A stretch of 40,883 bases of DNA from a virus. Taxonomy: Duplodnaviria > Caudoviricetes. This document shows positions 17,066 to 24,771 of the stretch, one piece after another. Made by a program: the position numbers and the translations under genes. How positions within the stretch are numbered: the stretch's first letter is position 1; each line of letters opens with the position of its first letter. The stretch is from IMG/VR virus record IMGVR_UViG_3300048851_000077, positions 1 through 40,883 of that record; one strand, written 5' to 3'. The notes under the pieces were generated by a model. That model was not told where the DNA came from. It did no database searches and worked only from the letters and a program-made list of their open reading frames with translations.

Positions 17066-17163
17066 GTCGAACGCTTCTTGTGATCTATACGTCACACTTT
17101 GCAAGGCGGACCTGCCTCACAGGCTCGCCGAAAAAAACCGCCCTCTCAAGGCGGTTTTTTTTT
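17066..17163 (+). ncRNA. sRNA A, candidate antitoxin for peptide A
   Basis: TTTACA(17031)-17-TACAGT(17054) promoter places +1 at the start of GTCGAACGCTTCTTGTGA; CCGCC-ctctcaa-GGCGG-T9 terminator. Confidence 0.78.
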
Positions 17164-17467
17164 GCCCCGCCGTTGGCTCAAGGCGGGTTATAACTCTATG
17201 CGGAACTCCCGCACACCCAGTGACGGGTCACGCGGCAGCCTACCAGAGTTGTGCAAGGCGACAGGCACCGCCGAAAAAGCGTTGCGCGTCCGGCCTGCCC
17301 AGCATCAAGTCGCGGGGTGGTATTAATTAAAGTTCGTGACGCATCACGCGGTTACTGAAACTCGTCTTCACCCAACGCGCGGGGATCGGCGCTCCGGGCA
17401 TGGCTAGGCTTGCGTGACAGTAGCGCCGTGGCATCGACTACAGATTCCGGCTGCCCGACAACAGTCA

Positions 17468-17755
17468 TCACAGATACGCCCGAGGTTGCCTTGATCCGCC
17501 GCAGCAGGTTCTCGCAATCCCCTTCGGTCTTGCGTGCCAGACCGTCACCCTTTTTTCGTAGTGGGGCAGGTTGGTCAGCAGCTCCAGCCAGCCGACGCAC
17601 TCGCTCAGCAACTGGTCGCGGGACAGCACCGCGCGGCTCAGCTCGCCGGCCTCCCGCGCTTTGTTTTTCCAGGCGGTAGTCATGGCTTCGCAGCGCCCTG
17701 TCAGCATGGCGTTTTCTTCTTGCAGGTCTTGGATCTGCTTCGGGGTCAGGGTCAT
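17468..17755 (-). CDS. Hypothetical coiled-coil protein, 95 aa
   Basis: AAGGA RBS before MTLTPKQIQDLQEEN. Confidence 0.55.
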   Translation of the reverse strand: MTLTPKQIQDLQEENAMLTGRCEAMTTAWKNKAREAGELSRAVLSRDQLLSECVGWLELLTNLPHYEKRVTVWHARPKGIARTCCGGSRQPRAYL

Positions 17756-17916
17756 AAGAATCCTTGTCAGGGTGGATACGCCGAAAACCGGTATATGGAG
17801 TGGTGGCATACCGGACGTAGGGGGTCTGGTCGCCAGACGTCATAAAAATGGCCCCCACACCGGCGACAGGCGCGGGGGCCGATTGAACATAGGACGCGTT
17901 ATGGGAACGGGCGGTT

Positions 17917-18117
17917 TTACCGGCCGTGGTTGAACGTTGCCGGGTTCACGGTTGGCCTCGGTTCACGACCTTTCATCTTACCCAGCACGTACACCACACC
18001 GCCGTATTTCTCGCTTTGCACAAACCCGAGCAGCTTCCATCCTTCCTGCTGCAACGCTTTATTCGCCGCGTCTACGCTGAACTCTTCCCTTACTTGCTGC
18101 ACTTCATCTAACTGCAT
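17917..18117 (-). CDS. Hypothetical protein, 66 aa
   Basis: AAGGAG RBS; downstream hairpin with T-run at about 17845-17880. Confidence 0.7.
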   Translation of the reverse strand: MQLDEVQQVREEFSVDAANKALQQEGWKLLGFVQSEKYGGVVYVLGKMKGREPRPTVNPATFNHGR

Positions 18118-18212
18118 CGGCCTTACTCCTTGTGTTTGTGCCGTAATGGCTTCGCCAGCCTATCGCATTCAGCGCGCCATGCCTGATTTTGGTCGCAGGG
18201 GCTTGCGAATCG

Positions 18213-18959
18213 TCAAGGCTTACGCTGACGCGCGTATGTCAAAAACGGTTCCAGGTCATCCGCGCACAGCAACGGCGCTACCCGCACAACCTCTTCATGG
18301 GGCCAGTGCCACCAGGCAATGGCAAGCAACTCGGCCCGGACTTCCTCGGGCAAGCGGTAGCGGATGACCTTGGCCGGTACGCCGCCAACAATGGCGTAGG
18401 GCGGCACATCGCGCGCGACCACTGCGCCGGTAGCCACGATGGCCCCGTCTCCAATCTTGACGCCGCTCAACAAGGTGGCGTTGGTGCAGATCCACACGTC
18501 ATTGCCAATAATCACATCACCGCGAGACGGTGGCTTTTCGGCAGCGGCCATGGACGGCAGGAATTCTGTAAACGGGTAGGTTGTGCCCCAATTGGCGGCA
18601 TGATCCCCGCCCAGCAATACACGGGCAGTCGCGGCTATCGAGGTGTAGGCCCCAATTTTCAACGACGTGCCATTAAAGAAATTTTGCACCACCGGTATGC
18701 CATAAGACCCCCGGCCTATCTCAAACTTGGGGTACTTCAGCAGGAATTCGGCCCGACCCCTTTCCTCTCTGGGCAGCTTACCGATCAACTTTTTAGCGAG
18801 TCTTCGTTGCTGACTTTTTGCCGCCGAGCGCCCTAAAAACAGGCGAGCCGCACGCACACGCAGTGACTGATGAACGGCTTGCAGCACGTCCAGCACGGGA
18901 TCGTTCGCCCCTGCCACGGTCGCGTTCGCTTGGTCATTACGGTAAGACTTTTCTTGCAC
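18213..18959 (-). CDS. CatB/Vat-related hexapeptide-repeat O-acetyltransferase (start uncertain)
   Basis: [59 protein letters not shown] motifs. Confidence 0.9.
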   Translation of the reverse strand: MQEKSYRNDQANATVAGANDPVLDVLQAVHQSLRVRAARLFLGRSAAKSQQRRLAKKLIGKLPREERGRAEFLLKYPKFEIGRGSYGIPVVQNFFNGTSLKIGAYTSIAATARVLLGGDHAANWGTTYPFTEFLPSMAAAEKPPSRGDVIIGNDVWICTNATLLSGVKIGDGAIVATGAVVARDVPPYAIVGGVPAKVIRYRLPEEVRAELLAIAWWHWPHEEVVRVAPLLCADDLEPFLTYARQRKP

Positions 18960-19142
18960 TTCTAAACCTTAGCCATCAATGGCCGTGGATAATGGTATGG
19001 CCCACTACTAGGCCGAGTTAGTTCCACTTTGCCCATAGAGCACAGGTCGCCGCAACGGTCTGTCCGATTTTTTTCCAAGCCCGGCCAAGACCGCCAGGCA
19101 TGTGCCAGAATACTGGATATATACCCATGTAACTGGTGCGCC

Positions 19143-19421
19143 ATGGCCCAACCTCTCCCCCCTTTCGAGCCTGTCAGCCTCAACGAACTGCGCCGGATCT
19201 GGGCCACACACCCTCAGCCCGATATCCGCCGCTTGACCTTGGAAGTCGAACGCTATCGGCGTCTACTGGTCGAAATCGACCGCCTGTATATCACCGTGCA
19301 TCAGGCATGGCGTGACGAAACCGGCGGTGAGCTGGTGGCCTTGCACATGATGAAGCAGCTCATGTTCACGGAACGCTTTCGGGTGAACCCTACCGGGCAA
19401 CCGTGCGCAGATGACGTATGA
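19143..19421 (+). CDS. Hypothetical protein, 92 aa, preceded by a near-consensus SOS box
   Basis: MAQPLPPFEPVSLNELRRIW...; CTG-gatatatacc-CAT at 19113-19128. Confidence 0.65.
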   Translation: MAQPLPPFEPVSLNELRRIWATHPQPDIRRLTLEVERYRRLLVEIDRLYITVHQAWRDETGGELVALHMMKQLMFTERFRVNPTGQPCADDV

Positions 19422-19479
19422 ACGCGACCGCGGACGCTGCCAAATCGGCTGTGTCCGTAGGTGAAAGCTATGACAAATG

Positions 19480-19905
19480 CTATGCCGCCGCTTCAATACT
19501 CAACGTTATGCGGCGGCCCAGCAGGCTCAACGCCCGTTCAACCTGTTCGATTTTCGAGGTATGCAGAAAATCGACCAGTCGGTCTACCACCTGCCGCGTG
19601 CTGCCCATACGACGAGCCAGCTCAGCGCGGCTGACCCCTTCGTCTAACAAACTGTTCCACAACATGACTTTGGCGACGGTCAAGGCGGGCAGGTGCAGCG
19701 GGGTCATACCCTCAGTCAGCGGTGACGCCTCGGGGATCTTGCGACGCTGATCAACGTACAGCGAGAACGTCGATTCCATGCCGTCCAGGGCATCGGCAAA
19801 TGCCTCTTCAGGCGTGTCACCCGAGGCGTTCATTTCCGGAAGGTCTGGGCAGGATACCCACGCGCCGGTAGGTTCAATGTGCAGTTCTAGCGGGTACTGA
19901 TACAT
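19480..19905 (-). CDS. hicB: HicB antitoxin with C-terminal HTH
   Basis: VSCPDLPEMNASGDTPEEAFADA; C-terminal SRAELARRMG HTH. Confidence 0.92.
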   Translation of the reverse strand: MYQYPLELHIEPTGAWVSCPDLPEMNASGDTPEEAFADALDGMESTFSLYVDQRRKIPEASPLTEGMTPLHLPALTVAKVMLWNSLLDEGVSRAELARRMGSTRQVVDRLVDFLHTSKIEQVERALSLLGRRITLSIEAAA

Positions 19906-19938
19906 AAGCGGCCTCATCTGGTAGAGGAACAGCAGGCC

Positions 19939-20121
19939 TCAATCCTTGAGGCCCAACTGTTTAATCATCGTCTTGCGTAACCCTTCGTGCATTTCCTTGC
20001 TGCCGTGGTCCGCAAAGATGGTCGATTTGCCATTCAAAAACACCTTGAAATGACTGCCTTTGGCGGGTTTGAACTCCGCGCCTTGGGCCTGCAACCATCG
20101 CCGAAACTCGCTGCACTTCAT
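19939..20121 (-). CDS. hicA: HicA mRNA interferase toxin
   Basis: MKCSEFRRWLQAQGA...KGSHFKV...IKQLGL; directly upstream of hicB. Confidence 0.92.
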   Translation of the reverse strand: MKCSEFRRWLQAQGAEFKPAKGSHFKVFLNGKSTIFADHGSKEMHEGLRKTMIKQLGLKD

Positions 20122-20157
20122 TTCTGTCGTCCTTGCCCGTTTCGGTAGAGCCATTAT

Positions 20158-20193
20158 GCAACACATATGTTGCCTGAGCAACACTTGTGTTGC
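20158..20193. promoter_or_regulatory. hicAB operator pair
   Basis: Two palindromes GCAACA-cata-TGTTGC and GCAACA-cttg-TGTTGC upstream of hicA. Confidence 0.7.
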
Positions 20194-20230
20194 ATTTATT
20201 TTGTAGCTGCTTTCCGTTACGCGTCACTCT

Positions 20231-21760
20231 TTATTCGCCCGGCTGGGCCCGGTAATCGGTGCAAAGTCCGGCACGATGCAGGCGCTCGGTCAGAATCTTG
20301 TGAGACGCGAAAGCCGTGTTGCGTTCGTTTTCCAGCAATGCCTGCTCACGCTCCAGACCTTCCACCTTGGCCGCCAGCACTTTCAAAGCCTCAACCGCTC
20401 CCACATGCTGCACCTGACGGCGGACCTCGTCGGGCAAGCCGTGCGTACAAGGCCTGGCGATGCCCCGGCCCACATTCTTGAAGCGCTCCTTGGCACAGCC
20501 CCCAGCTGATTCCGAGCCGCCGAGCTGCCACTCTTCCGAATCACGCTTGTACTGCCGCACAAAACCGGCCGGACTGCTCAAGCGCGGCTTGGCCTGCGTC
20601 ACGTCCAGTAGCTCGTACAACTCCAAGGTCACCGACAGCAGCATCTGATACCGGCAATTCAAAGCGGACTTGTCGTTGAGCGCCTTGCCCAACAAATTGC
20701 GCAATTGAGGATCTTCGGGGTAAGCCTGCTCAGGCGGCGTAGCCGCTACGAGCCGCTCATTACGCTGCGCCCAAGCCAGCAGGCTACGATCCCGAAGCGG
20801 CAACAGCTGCGTCACCACCTCGTCATAAGTGGGCTCTTGATGGATGCTCGCAAGCCGTCGCAACTCGCTTTCGAACTCGATGCGTACCGCATCAAATTCG
20901 CTGCCTTGTACCAACCCGTCATCGTGAATGACCCGCACGCCGCTGTCGGGCTGGGTCGCCCCGGGCTCGCGCAGCTGCATGATCAGCGCTTTTTCCGCTT
21001 CGGTCAGAATGACCGGCTTCATTTGCCGAGCCTTGCGCCGCTCGCGTAGATCCTTCTGGCGCTGCGCCGGGGTGCGGGGCACCTTGGCGGCAGGCGCATC
21101 GCCGAACATCGCCAGCTGCCCGTCCGGGCGTACCCCCGCCAGCGCTTCAGACAACCACGTCGGCGCCTTCTTGCCGCGCAAGCTCTCCCCGTATTCCGGC
21201 CTGATGGCCTTGGGCTTACCCTCGCTCGCCATGATGGCCTGCGCTTTCAAACGGACGGCCTGCTCTACCGTTTTGCCCAGGTGCGCGGTAACCGTCAGCG
21301 TGTCCCAGCGGTAGCCTGTATCGCTCAGAAACGGCTTATCCAGATCCACTGCGTGAAACGTCACAGGGTGATGATTGCCCAGCATGTTGGCCGACAGCTC
21401 AACACGAGCCCGCATGCCGTCGACTTCCAACAGGAACTCGCCCGACTGCCCCCAGTGCGGCACCTGCCCCGGCGCGGCGGCGACTGCGCGGTCCAGCACA
21501 TGGCCGGCGCTGTCATCGTCACCTTTGCAGCCAAAAAAGGTATTCCCGTTAAGCACGTACACCAGCGCTTCAAAGGCCGTTTCGGCCTCGTCCAGGGCGG
21601 CGACATGGCCGGCCAGCACGGCGTCGTGGTAGTGCTCTGCCGCTTTGCGCGCCAAGAAGGGAAAGTCGGCCGGGTCAGTCTCGGCCAGCGCGACCAGTTG
21701 CGCCAGAAATTCCGGGCGCTCTTCCCGGGGCAGGTCTTTTGGGGCGGATTTACGGGCCAC
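20231..21760 (-). CDS. KlcB-like protein (IncP kil/kor family), 509 aa
   Basis: YHDAVLAG...LNGNTFFGC...AAAPGQVPHWGQSGEFLLEVDGMR...HAVDLDKPFLSDTGYR resembles KlcB; adjacent to a KorC-like gene. Confidence 0.7.
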   Translation of the reverse strand: MARKSAPKDLPREERPEFLAQLVALAETDPADFPFLARKAAEHYHDAVLAGHVAALDEAETAFEALVYVLNGNTFFGCKGDDDSAGHVLDRAVAAAPGQVPHWGQSGEFLLEVDGMRARVELSANMLGNHHPVTFHAVDLDKPFLSDTGYRWDTLTVTAHLGKTVEQAVRLKAQAIMASEGKPKAIRPEYGESLRGKKAPTWLSEALAGVRPDGQLAMFGDAPAAKVPRTPAQRQKDLRERRKARQMKPVILTEAEKALIMQLREPGATQPDSGVRVIHDDGLVQGSEFDAVRIEFESELRRLASIHQEPTYDEVVTQLLPLRDRSLLAWAQRNERLVAATPPEQAYPEDPQLRNLLGKALNDKSALNCRYQMLLSVTLELYELLDVTQAKPRLSSPAGFVRQYKRDSEEWQLGGSESAGGCAKERFKNVGRGIARPCTHGLPDEVRRQVQHVGAVEALKVLAAKVEGLEREQALLENERNTAFASHKILTERLHRAGLCTDYRAQPGE

Positions 21761-21804
21761 GATGATTCCTCAAGCAATAGACAGGCGTCATTCGCCACAG
21801 GAAA

Positions 21805-21839
21805 ATCATAGCATCATACGTTAATTCGTCAATCCGTTA
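21805..21839 (-). promoter_or_regulatory. Promoter of the klcB-like gene overlapped by three 8-bp repeats
   Basis: TTGACG-16-TATGAT with extended -10 TG; repeats taacggat tgacgaat taacgtat. Confidence 0.75.
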
Positions 21840-21846
21840 TTTAACG

Positions 21847-22263
21847 TTATAGCGGATTCTTTACTGTCTCAGGCGGAGCCAACCCGGCATAAATGGTCAG
21901 CAACCGCCATACGGCATACGGCGGCTGGCCGTCGCCCCCTGCCCATTTGCGGATCTTGACCGGGGAAACGCCGACCAGCGCTGCCGCTCGGCTACCGCTC
22001 AAGGCAGCCACCCGCAGAAGCTCGCGAAATTCGTCCACGCTGGGCGGCGTCCAGGTCGACGCGTACTGATCGAACAGTCCCGGCCGATCCAGCCCCAGGT
22101 CGGTTAACAACTCTGAGCGGCGCAGCGTGCGCGGCGGATCGGCCTCGATGTACAGGTCGGAATCCATTCGCAGCGCCTCACGCATGGCATCCTGAATGGT
22201 GCTCGCACTTGCCGCACTAACAGCCCCAACCCGGTCGACCAGAAAAAACATATGCAGCTCCAA
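21847..22263 (-). CDS. KorC-like HTH repressor with N-terminal extension
   Basis: WTPPSVDEFRELLRVAALSGSRAAALVGVSPVKIRKWAGGDGQPPYAVWRLL resembles IncP KorC. Confidence 0.7.
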   Translation of the reverse strand: MELHMFFLVDRVGAVSAASASTIQDAMREALRMDSDLYIEADPPRTLRRSELLTDLGLDRPGLFDQYASTWTPPSVDEFRELLRVAALSGSRAAALVGVSPVKIRKWAGGDGQPPYAVWRLLTIYAGLAPPETVKNPL

Positions 22264-22313
22264 TGCAAAAACCGCCGAACTAAGTCGGCGGCATCCGTTA
22301 AATCGTCATTGCG

Positions 22314-22610
22314 TTATTCCAAGTAATAACGCACGCGCAATGAGGCGCCCTCATGCCAGTAGGTCCAGCCGTCAGGCGAAGACAATACCCCAACCCGGCC
22401 ATAATCATGACAGAGAAAGTAGCGCCGGGACTCAAGCCAGGCGCCAATCTTTACCAACAGCAGCCGGTCAGCGGCCGACGCGGAAAACTCTGGCACGCTG
22501 ACAATGTACTCATTGTCAGCGCCCCTGACGCGCCGGACACTCACCTTGTAGTTGAAATGGGATTGAAAGCCAGCCTTGAGCGACACCACGTTCGGGGCGT
22601 GTTTGGTCAT
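22314..22610 (-). CDS. Hypothetical protein, 98 aa
   Basis: GGAGA RBS; own promoter; terminator-like hairpin at 22267-22291. Confidence 0.65.
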   Translation of the reverse strand: MTKHAPNVVSLKAGFQSHFNYKVSVRRVRGADNEYIVSVPEFSASAADRLLLVKIGAWLESRRYFLCHDYGRVGVLSSPDGWTYWHEGASLRVRYYLE

Positions 22611-22661
22611 CGGTATTTCTCCGGAGTAGCGGTCTTGGCGAAGCGCCCGACCTTGGGTGCA

Positions 22662-22696
22662 ACTCTAGCATGTTCCGTTAATTCGTCAATTCGTTA
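22662..22696 (-). promoter_or_regulatory. Promoter near-identical to the klcB-like promoter, with three 8-bp repeats
   Basis: TTGACG-16-TAGAGT with extended -10 TG; taacgaat tgacgaat taacggaa. Confidence 0.75.
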
Positions 22697-22699
22697 ATC

Positions 22700-23299
22700 A
22701 CATGCGAGAGCAGGCCGTGCCCGCGAAGGCAGGACCGACCCCCTCCACTGTCAACCCGCCGCTTGCGGCGTACCAGGGCGTAGCCCGGCCCGTGAAGGCG
22801 CGAAACGCCGTTGCTGGGTGTGAGGGTTGGGCGCAGGCTTGGAACGGCGTGCAGCAACTGGAGCGGGGCTTGAAGGCGGAACCGGCTGTTAGGCTCGCGA
22901 CGTCCGACCCGCCGTGCCGTAGGCACGACTTGCGGGCGGCATAGTTGGTGCCCTTGGGCACCGAAAACCAACAGCTCTCGGCAAGGCCGAGGCATTAACA
23001 AGGCTACCCGTAGGGTGGCCGCAAGATTCTTAGAAGCAGTAAGGAAAAGAACACTCTCGACTTAATTCCACTTCTGGCGGACTTAATATCTCGGGCTCCC
23101 ACTTAATTTTTGCCTCGGCCGGCACGCGCGCTCAGGCGCCGGTCGCATGCTGTAGGAAAGGGCCGTTTTAGGGTGCGCTAAGGGCGCTCAGCTGGGGTTT
23201 TAGAGGGGCAGAAAGGGGGATCTGGAAGGGTAGGCACGGCAAAGCCTCGGAGCGCCCACAGTGAGGCGCCCGAGGCTTCGGGGTAGGGAAACGGGTGGG
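22700..23299. other. Putative replication origin region downstream of rep
   Basis: No credible gene; AT-rich 23020-23110 with ACTTAAT at 23060, 23081 and 23101; GC-rich hairpins at 22700-23020. Confidence 0.5.
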
Positions 23300-24307
23300 C
23301 TAAATTCGTCGGCGGCGAGCCGACCATTCCGGCTCGCTGATTCCGCCATAGTCGGCAAACAGGGCGCGGCCCTCAACCAGGCTGGGGCGGCGGCCCAGGG
23401 CTTCGGCTATGCGCGCGTTGACCTGCTCGGCGTGCGCTTTCCAGCTGTCCAACAACAGGTCATCGCTAGGCGCCAGGTTGGCGGCGGCCACTGCCTTGCC
23501 CAAGTTCTTGACGGCAGGCTTGGGAAAGAGCTGGTCTTTGACGCGCTTGCTGCGAACCTCGCTACTGAGCTTGTCATGCTCGGCCTTGGGCAAGATGCCG
23601 GCCGCAACAGCGCCGCCAATGTACTCCGCAATATCATCCGAGGACTTCTTGCGCGCCCGCGCCATGGCGGCCTTGGTGATGCCGCCCAGAACTTGCAAAA
23701 ACTTTTCGCTCACGACCTTGATCGCGGGGCGGCCGCGCTTGCCGTCCGGGGTTTCTTCGTACTGCTCATGCACCGTGAAGGCGCCTGCACGCTTGAGCTG
23801 CGACACATGGCGCCAGAAACGGCTACTTGCCACCGGCTTGGGCTGGGCAGGATCTTTGCTGGGTTTGGTCATGCCGCAGCGACGGGCCAGCTCGTCGAAG
23901 GGCGTCGGGCGAAACTCACCGTTTGGAGCATAGTTGCCCACACGCAAGGATTTCAGGTCGAGGTCCGCGATAATGGTCGTCATCACCAGGGCATGTCCCT
24001 CGCGGGCCTCGCTGCGATTCTGGCGGGGGGAACCATCCTGATTGGTCTTGCCTTCGCGGTAGGCCAGCAGCGGCAGGGAGGCAGGGTTAGCGAAGTAGGC
24101 TTGCACCTTCTCAATAAGCTGGGTCAGCAGTTTGATCCGGAAGCCGCTTTTGGTTTCCGGCAGCGCCAGACGCTCTGCCGCGAGCCGATGCGGGTCATGC
24201 CCGCACCGATTGCCAGAGCCTAGAAACTTACCCGGAAACGAGTAAGCGCATTTACCCCACATAACAGGGGGCAGGTCCGCGTCCGCGGATACCTCAACCA
24301 TCGCCAT
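23300..24307 (-). CDS. Plasmid replication initiator (Rep) protein
   Basis: RQNRSEAREGHALV...FDELARRCGM...FWRHVSQLKRAG wHTH...PAIKVVSEKF; antisense-RNA leader; near par and TA genes. Confidence 0.75.
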   Translation of the reverse strand: MAMVEVSADADLPPVMWGKCAYSFPGKFLGSGNRCGHDPHRLAAERLALPETKSGFRIKLLTQLIEKVQAYFANPASLPLLAYREGKTNQDGSPRQNRSEAREGHALVMTTIIADLDLKSLRVGNYAPNGEFRPTPFDELARRCGMTKPSKDPAQPKPVASSRFWRHVSQLKRAGAFTVHEQYEETPDGKRGRPAIKVVSEKFLQVLGGITKAAMARARKKSSDDIAEYIGGAVAAGILPKAEHDKLSSEVRSKRVKDQLFPKPAVKNLGKAVAAANLAPSDDLLLDSWKAHAEQVNARIAEALGRRPSLVEGRALFADYGGISEPEWSARRRRI

Positions 24308-24358
24308 TCCCTAGTGCTAGGGCTTGCTTATGCGGTGGTCAGCGAATAGACTCTCCCT

Positions 24359-24435
24359 TGTATGTAGGTGGAAGCCATATTCTTGTGCCGATCACCCAAA
24401 ACCCCCGAACGCCACATTCGGGGGTTTTTCTTTTT
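24359..24435 (+). ncRNA. Counter-transcribed copy-control RNA in the rep leader
   Basis: TTGCTT(24324)-17-TAGACT(24347) promoter; AAAACCCCCGAA-cgccaca-TTCGGGGGTTTT hairpin plus T-run. Confidence 0.7.
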
Positions 24436-24493
24436 AAGCCTGCCTAAATTCTAAAATTCTGTTTTTACAACGCCTCTCCGGGCGTAGGTGCGC

Positions 24494-24534
24494 AGAATAA
24501 CGCGCTCCGTTCGTTCAGTCCACTTTTTGTGTAA
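24494..24534 (-). promoter_or_regulatory. rep promoter with an overlapping CI-type operator
   Basis: TGGACT(24522-24517)-17-TATTCT(24499-24494); GTCCAC-ttttt-GTGTAA at 24518-24534. Confidence 0.7.
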
Positions 24535-24715
24535 TTTGGGATTCTGATCGGACGAATAGCAGCGCTTGCCGCAGCGTTTCCAGCTGCAACCATTCTCCTA
24601 CGTGCGCCTGTTCATCTCCGGATTTCAGGATGCACAGGTACTCACAGTAAAAATAAGCGGCCTCGATAGTAGACCTCAGGTCATTTTTGAGCAAAGGGTT
24701 ATTCGATGTATGCAT
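24515..24715 (-). CDS. 66-aa SOS-regulated small protein, candidate antirepressor
   Basis: GGAGAA RBS; consensus LexA box 57 bp upstream. Confidence 0.6.
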   Translation of the reverse strand: MHTSNNPLLKNDLRSTIEAAYFYCEYLCILKSGDEQAHVGEWLQLETLRQALLFVRSESQITQKVD

Positions 24716-24771
24716 GCCTGTTCTCCGGTTCCACTATGGGGCTGCCGGCATTCTATCGACAACTTATGATA

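Noticed and set aside
15906-17083. Four GTC(G)AACGCTTCYTGTGA copies as a CRISPR or mini-array
   Set aside because: Repeats are short, non-palindromic and 300-430 bp apart, with no cas genes; explained better as two sRNA seed/target pairs
18213-18959. Naming the acetyltransferase catB (chloramphenicol resistance)
   Set aside because: Only family-level motifs are visible; substrate cannot be assigned without searches or assays
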